Below are positions 54,991-64,000 of a stretch of DNA of 64,000 bases, piece after piece (positions within the stretch are counted from its first letter, which is position 1; the number at the start of each line of letters is the position of its first letter). The translations under genes and the position numbers were made by a program. Source of the DNA: the human T2T-CHM13v2.0 reference genome, Homo sapiens; assembly GCF_009914755.1 (NCBI RefSeq), contig NC_060925.1; one strand, given 5' to 3'. The notes under the pieces are model-generated. The model searched no databases. It saw nothing but the letters and a program-made list of their open reading frames with translations, and was not told where the DNA came from.

Positions 54991-55148
54991 TCGCCAGGCA
55001 TGGTGGTGCATCTCTATACTCAGAGCTACTCGGGAGGCTGAGGTGGGAGGATTACTTGAGCCTGGGAATTTGAGGCTGCAGTGAGCTAAGATCATGCCAC
55101 TGCACTCCAGCCTAGGCAACAGAGTGAGACTCATCTCAAAAAAAGAAA
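54831..55148 (+). mobile_element. AluJ with (CA)20 in its linker
   Basis: Perfect 20-bp TSD aaaagatggaggagtctgag at 54811-54830 and 55149-55168. Confidence 0.94.
54949..54988. repeat. (CA)20 microsatellite
   Basis: 40 uninterrupted nt of ca repeats. Confidence 0.95.
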
Positions 55149-56319
55149 AAAAGATGGAGGAGTCTGAGAATGGGGGCGAGGAAGAGTCAAGGCAGGCCAG
55201 GGGTGTGAGATGCAGCCAAAGCCTGGACAGCCCCCATGAGTCGAACTCCTGCAGCTCCTGGCTGATGTAAGGAACATCGCAGGGGAAAGAAAGCAAGACT
55301 GGCCCAGCTTTCCAAAGCTGATGGCTGTGTTTTACTTCTCAATTTACCCTCATCTCTTGCCAGCTTCTCTCCTTTTTCACTTCCAGACAATTCATCTCTC
55401 CGTTTTCCTTTCCAGCCAAAGTAGTTGCTGAATATACTGAAATTTGATTACATTCTCTGGCCCTGTCCCTTTTGCCAGCAACATGCTTCCATCTAAAAGC
55501 CCTGCTGGAGTCTGGCTACCCTTTTTAATTTGCTGTTCTTACCAAATGTCACCACACTTCATGCTAAAATATCCTCGATAATTTTTCCACTCACTCCTTA
55601 AAGCTATTGTCTCCCAACACTTCTGAGCTCACCATTCTATTAACATGGGCCTCTTGGGAAGCACCAGTGATGTTATTTAATCCAGTGACCTTTGCCAAGT
55701 CTTCCTCCCCTTTAATTTCTCTGGAGCCTTTGATATTCTTAACCACCATCCTGAAATATATTTTTTTTCCCCTTGACTTTCCTCCTATCTGCTTCCCACA
55801 CTTCCTTCACTAGTTCTTTTAATTCCCTTAATGGGAGCATCCTCTGACATTCTTTTCCTCTCTCATTCTCTTGAGCTGATTTCATCCTCTGGCATTGCTC
55901 TAGCTCCCCCTTGAGTGTAATGATTTCCCAACCTGGAAGGCCCAGTTTCAAGTTATAAAATTCTTGCCACCAAAATCCTGCCACCCAAAAGTCCATACTA
56001 TCGGGGCCTAGCTTACCTTTCCAGCCACACTTTTCTCTTAGTTTATTTCTGGAAAGTAGTCTCATACACTTCAAAGAGCAAGAGTGTAGAGACAAAGAGA
56101 TATGATTACAAATCTTGGCTCTGCTGTCAACTGGCCACAAGATCTTAAGCAAATAACTAACTTCTCTGAACCTTTTATTTTCTCATCCATAAGGCAAGGA
56201 TAAGAATAGTACTTAAAAGGGATATTTTTTACACTTTGAGATAGCATGTCTGGCACCTCACAGGTACTTAATAGCCAGAAATTACTATTATTGTTATAAC
56301 TGATGAGTACAGATCTTTT

Positions 56320-58265
<1,946 letters not shown>

Positions 58266-58278
58266 GACTACAGCTCTT

Positions 58279-58337
58279 TTAATGAAGCAAATGCTGTGCA
58301 AACATAGATTAATGAAGCAAATGCTGTGCAAACATAG
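58279..58337. repeat. 30-bp-period tandem duplication
   Basis: ttaatgaagcaaatgctgtgcaaacatag occurs identically at 58279-58307 and 58309-58337. Confidence 0.95.
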
Positions 58338-59679
58338 GATACTGTGGGCTGGGGAGGAAGCTATAGGATCCAGCAATGCACAGCATTAACTGGGGTGAGG
58401 ACACAGGCAAGAGAATCCCAGCAAAGATTATAGAGGTAGCTCTTTGGACAGCTCTCGTATTCCTTGTGTCCATCCTGTTAGCATACATTCTCCTGCCCCA
58501 CACCCTGCTCACATCCTGGATAAAATCCATCAGGGTGGAGAAGGTCTGACAGTGAGGGCTGGGAGGCTGCCCGGTACATAACCTCAGCTTAAACCAATGT
58601 CTATAGAAACTCTACTTCTGGGAAAAACAAGTCCTATAAATGACTATATTATAAATTGGCATCATAAACGGACTAAAGTACTTCAATATCTCAATAGAAT
58701 CTTTGTAATAACCCTATGAAGTAGGTACTAATTTAAGTCTGATTTTTAGGATGAGAAAACTGAGGCTTCAGATTCAGAATTGGCCCAAAGTCACAAATTA
58801 TTAAGTGACAGAGCCAAACTTGAACCCAGGTCTGCTCAGGTGCAGAGCCCAGTGCTTTTCTATTTGCCTCTACTGCCTTTATTTTCAGGCTGACTGAAAT
58901 ATATGAGCCCAAGTTATGAGCATGTGATGGCTCAAGCTGACATTAAAATTACTGGCATCTGTTCTGTCTATTTCCAGGCAGAATAGAACCTCTCCCATTG
59001 GCATTATAAAGTAACTCAACCACAGAATCAACCCTGCTCACCACCAAACATTCAAGCTAACTATCAGAAAGTTACGTTATAGAGAAAAGAAATGCTTCTG
59101 AAGTTAAATCACTTCCAGAGAAATGCAGCTGAACTCCAAGCAAGTGTGGCAAAATATTGGTTGAAACTCCCTCTAGAACTTGATTGCATAAGCCAGAAGG
59201 CACTTAATCCAGCTGTAGTCTTTGAAAATGTCCATAACCTCCCAAAACAAAATGGCTGTGGCCTCTAAGCTTTTAAAATGTAATCATTTCCATTTATGAG
59301 TAGAGTCAATTGTTTCATAATTCTAACACTGTTTACCTAAGAACCAGTAAAATGCACAAGAAAGGAAAATAGGTTTTGGAGTCAAGCAGATCCATGTCAA
59401 CAGCCAAGTCTAGGTACTAAGAAATCTTACATCTATATACTCTCCAGGGCTCTCATGCTCAATTCAGGTGAAGGTTGCCATGGACAGGTTTTGTTCATCT
59501 ATCCCAGTCAACTAGCTAGCAGAGACAACAGAGCATCAACGGAGTGAGGTCTAACTCAAAAACCAGAGAGCTCTTATACCTTGAGCATTTCACTTTTGCA
59601 TCAATGGTCCTCATGCTTTTAAAATGTAGAGTCCTTTGAGGATCAGATGGAAAGTCTGCCTCCTCTTCCCAGAAAGCTC

Positions 59680-60160
59680 TGCAACTTTGGTGTCAGACAT
59701 TCTTGGATTTGAATCTTGGCATCACCACTTAATAGTTGTGCTTCTTTAGGCAGGCTACTTAACCACTGAATGCCTTATGTCCTTATCCATAAAATGGGGG
59801 CAGTCGTAATATGAATCTCACAGAATTGTGATAAGGATTAAATGGGTTGATGCATTAAGCACTTTATGTCCGAGAGCAGACAAGGAGTATAGTGTGGTCA
59901 TTAGCAAGGCAGGCTCTGGTGTCTGAATTGACCACCTACCAGCTGTGAGACCACTTAACTGACCTGTTCTTTGGTTTTTCCATTTGTAAAATAGGTGTGA
60001 GTCATAGTTACCAATCTCATGGGGTTAGTGTGAGGATGAAAGGAGCTAATATGTGTAAAGTACTTACAGCCTAACATATAAGCATTCAAAAAATCATAGC
60101 CATTATTAGGATCTCAGTGTCTGGCACATGGCAGATATTTAATAAATGGTAGGTATTGTT
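59680..60160 (+). mobile_element. Cluster of MIR fragments (representative; further MIR remnants at about 1080-1250, 4060-4200, 7530-7700, 11500-11660, 25840-26310, 36260-36800, 39820-40030, 58680-58875)
   Basis: MIR core motifs: ggatttgaatcttggc...accactta, tttttccatttgtaaaat, gtgaggatgaaaggagctaatatgtgtaaag. Confidence 0.7.
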
Positions 60161-60949
60161 AAATTCAGATTACAGATATCTAGGATAGGAGCCATGTCTT
60201 CTCTCTTCATGGTTCTTTCATGGCCCCTCATATAGTAGTCTGTATGTATATTCTTCAGTATATTGTATATACAGTATCAGTTGACTGACTGATGCAACTA
60301 GCTATTAAAATATATCCTAAATGATTGGCTCTAATTGAAACTAAAGGAAACTGGTGATATGGCCCAAGCTATGACTACAAGTAGTCATGTAGTATATAAA
60401 CCTAATAAATGCTGGTTAATGGTTCTTATATTTTTCTCTACCTGATATTTCCAAAGCATCTTTTCAAGCAAGAGTATTGTTTTCTCTCAGTTGGATAAGT
60501 TTAAATTGCCCAACTAGGTTCATCAGACACATTGTGGTCATTCATCATGCAGAGAGAAGGGACCCAGATCACTAAGGAATTGACTGATCCAGAAAACTAC
60601 ATCCATTTATTCCAGGGGCTCTCAAAGTGAGGCCTCTAGGCCAGCAGGAGTCTCCTCAACTGAGAACTGTCAGAAATGGACAATCTCAGACCCACATAGG
60701 AACTCTTGAGGTGGAGCCCAGCAATCCCAGCAATCTGTGCTTTAACAAGTGGCACTGATGCCTGCTCTGATGTAGACTATGCTGGTCAGTACTTGAGATT
60801 CAGGAAGCAAGTCAGCCCATAGGGAATACCAATCTCAGAGAAAACTGTGCTTCCAAAGAGAAAAAGGACCTGGGATAGCCCTCCTATTACCAAAAATACT
60901 CCTCTAATTTTAGTAGGGCCAGGGTCTGCTCATCATTCCTCTGATGGGG

Positions 60950-63199
60950 TGTATTAGTCTGTTTGAACACTGCTGATAAAGACATACCTGAGAATGGAAA
61001 GAAAAAGAGGTTTAATGGACTTACAGTTCCACATGGCTGGGGAGGCCTCACAATCATGGCAGAAGGCAAGGAGGACCAAGTCACATCTTATGTGGATGGC
61101 AGCAGACAAAGAGAGAGCTTGTGCGGGGAAACTCCCCCTTATAGAACCATCAGCTCTCATGAGACTTATTCACTATCACGAGAACAGCATGGGAAAGACC
61201 TGCCCCCATGATTCAATAACCTCCCACTGGGTCCCTCCCACACCATATGGGAATTCAAGATGAGATTTGGGTGGGGACACTGCCAAACCATATCATTTGA
61301 CCCCTGGTCCCTTTCAAATCCCATTTCCTTACATTTTAAAACCAATCATCCCCTCCCAAAAGTCCCCCAAAGTCTCAACTCATTTCAGCATTAACTCAGA
61401 AGTCCACAGTCCAAAGTCTCATCCAAGACAACGCAAGTCCCTTCTGCCTATGAGCCTGTAAAATCAAAAGCAAGTTAGTTACTTCCCAGATACAGTGGGG
61501 GTACAGGCATTGGGTAAATACAGCCATTCCAAATGGGAGAAATTGGCCAAAAAACAAAGGGGCTACAGGCCCCATGCAAGTCCAAAATCCAGCAGGGCAG
61601 TCAAATCTTAAGGCTCCAAAATGATCTCCTTTGACTCCATGTCTCACATCCAGGTGACTCTGATGCAAGCAGTGCATCAGACACCTCTGCACCTTTGCAG
61701 GGTAGAGTACCCCTCCTGGCTGCTTTCATGGGCTGGCATTGAGTGTCTGGGACTTTTCCAGACTCACAGTGCAAGCTGTTGGTGGGTCTACCATTCTGGG
61801 GTCTGGAGGACAGTGGCTCTCTTCTCACAGGTCCACTAGGCAGTGCCCCATTAGGGACTTGTTATGGAGGCTCCAACCCCACATTTCCCTTCTACACTGC
61901 CCTAGCAGAGGTTCTCCATGAGGGCCTCACCCCTGCAGCAAACTTCTGCCTGGGCATCCAGGCATTTCCATACATCCTCTGAAATCTAGGTGGAGATTCC
62001 CAAACCTCAATTCTTGACTTCTGTGCACCTGCAGGCTCAACACCACATGGAAGCTGCCAAGCCTTGGGACCTCCAACCTCTGAAGCCACAGCACGAGCTG
62101 TACCTTGACCCCTTTTAGTCATAGCTGGAGTGGCTGGGACACAGGGCACTAAGTACCTAGACTGCACACAGCAGAGGGACCCTGGGCCCAGCCCACAAAA
62201 CCATTTTCTCCTCCTAAACCTCTGGGTGATGGGAGGGGCTGCCGTGAAGACCTCTGACATGCCTTGGAGACATTTTCCCCATTATCTTGGTGATTAACAT
62301 TTGGCTTCTCATTACTTATGCAAATTTCTGCAGCCAGCTTGAATTTCTCCTCAAAAAATGGGATTTTATTTTCTATTGCATTGTCAGGCTGCAAATATTC
62401 CAAGCTTTTGTTCTGTTTTCCTTTTAAAACTGAATGCCTTTAACAGCACCCAAATCACCTCTTGAATGCTTTGCTGCTTAGAAATTTCTTCCGCCAAATA
62501 CCCTAAATCATCTCTCTCAAGTTCAAAGTTCCACAAATCTCTAGGGCAGGGGAAAAATGCCGCCAGTCTCTTTGCTAAAACATAACAAGAGTCACCTCTG
62601 CTTCAGTTCCCAACAAGTTCCTCATCTCCATCTGAGACCACCTAAGTCTGGATTTCATTGTCCTTATCATTATCAGCATTTTGGTCAAAGCCATTCAACA
62701 AGTCTCCAGGGAGTTCCAAACTTTCCCACATTTTCCTGTCTTCTTCTAAGCCCTCCAAACTGTTCCAACCTCTGCCTGTTACCCAGTTCCAAAGTCACTT
62801 CCACATTTTCGGGTATCTTTTCAGCAGCACCCCACTCTACTGGTACCAATTTACAATATTAGTCCATTTTCACACTGCTGATAAAGACACACCTGAGACT
62901 GGGAAGAAAAAGAGGCTTAATGGACTTACAGTTCCACATGGCTGGGAGCGCCTCACAATCATGACGGAAGGCAAGGAGGAGCAAGTCACATCTTACGTGG
63001 ATGGCAGCAGGCACAGAGAGAGCTTATGCAGGGAAACTCCCCCTTATAGAACCATCAGATCTCATGAGACTTAGTCACTATCACAAGAACAGCATGGGAA
63101 AGATCTGCCCCCTGACTCAATTACCTCCCACCAGGTCCCTCCCACAACATGTGGGAATTCAAGATGAGATGTGAGTGGGGACACAGCCAAACCATATCA
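60950..63199 (-). mobile_element. Full-length THE1B (MaLR) element: LTR - internal - LTR
   Basis: Two about 345-bp direct repeats (60950-61295, 62855-63199) ending ...gccaaaccatatca, 1559-bp internal region, 5-bp TSD tgggg (60945-60949) / tgagg (63200-63204). LTRs differ at about 35 positions by hand count. Confidence 0.95.
62855..63199 (-). promoter_or_regulatory. THE1B 5' LTR, candidate antisense promoter
   Basis: Minus-strand TATA-like TCTATAAG at about 63043-63050 and donor ACT|GTAAGT at 62930/62929. Activity is not demonstrable from sequence. Confidence 0.45.
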
Positions 63200-63967
63200 T
63201 GAGGCAAGCACAAATGCCATGTGAAACCTGCTATTCTTCTGTAGACACTTGTGTCCAGCCAGAATCAGCTTCAAAAGAATAGCATAGATTTGAAAAAGGG
63301 CAGCAGTCAGTCTTGGGACATTAGAACATGGGGAATTAACTGGCCTTGAGTGAAAGGGACCACAGGGGGAGGTTTGGAGCTGACTTATGAATATGGATCC
63401 TGTTTCAGCACCTACTGTTGTTAAAGCCCCGTTTCTGTCCCAGAGAACCACCCTGGGCTCGATTCCCTGCACCCTAATGTAGCTCTGTTTTTCATCTGTG
63501 TGTCTACTTCAAGTTAGACTCAAAAGTAGAGCAATTATATGACATTATGTTCAAGGCAAAAAGTGACAGAGCAGGCTTCATGTTGCATACAAATGTTGGC
63601 AGCTATTGCAAAATCCTCACCGCATATCCTATGGTAATCACTTCCTTAAAGTAAGCAGGAAATAGGTTAGTAGTAGGCTGCTTCACCAGGAGTCATTTCA
63701 AATGTATTGTCACCTAAGGTATAACTTCCCAAAGATGGAAAGAGATAAAGCCACTGAGTCTGCCCTCTTTATCCATCTACAGCCACCAAGGTAATTACAG
63801 TTTTTAAAAACGCTACTCATAGTTCATTGCTTTCATATCTAAAGTTAAGAGATCTAAAAGTTCCCCCACATCCCCACTTAGCAGTCATGACTAAGGTGAA
63901 AAAAGCCACCAGTATCATCCTGGTCTCTCTTATCAGCAGTTTAGAAAGTACTACAATTTTCCCATCT

Positions 63968-63997
63968 GACTCACATCTAAATGACTCGCATCTAAAA
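63968..63997. repeat. 15-bp tandem duplication
   Basis: tgactcacatctaaa tgactcgcatctaaa. Confidence 0.8.
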
Positions 63998-64000
63998 TGT

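Noticed and set aside
54733-55296. 187-aa minus-strand ORF with CVCVCV run
   Set aside because: Translation of an antisense Alu plus (CA)n.
60887-63074. Dense overlapping ORFs of 60-138 aa
   Set aside because: Fragments of THE1B LTR/internal sequence with no intact retroviral frame.

Overview
Eukaryotic (human/hominoid) genomic DNA inside the ROR1 receptor tyrosine pseudokinase gene (+ strand). Four internal coding exons are recoverable with GT-AG sites and a continuous frame: 29102-29229 and 31842-32159 (Frizzled-like cysteine-rich domain), 34138-34383 (kringle) and 50710-50921 (stalk, transmembrane, juxtamembrane). From recalled gene structure these are exons 5-8; the Ig exons lie upstream and the kinase exon downstream of the window. 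The rest is intron packed with primate and mammalian repeats: about 20 Alu/FLAM, L1PA/L1M fragments, L2, MIR, hAT MITEs, an MST solo LTR and a full-length antisense THE1B element. Nearly all other ORFs in the track are repeat-derived or chance. There is no prokaryotic-type system (CRISPR, operon, tRNA/rRNA). Most interesting: (1) an antisense THE1B whose 5' LTR keeps a TATA-like box and splice donor but has lost its polyA signal; (2) an Alu copied 5.4 kb downstream together with 33 bp of its 5' flank; (3) intronic stop/polyA arrangements that could give secreted ROR1 ectodomain isoforms; (4) an in-frame Alu exon candidate in the stalk; (5) an old hAT MITE with perfectly matched 24-bp termini. 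Repeat subfamily names come from recalled consensus sequences and need RepeatMasker confirmation.
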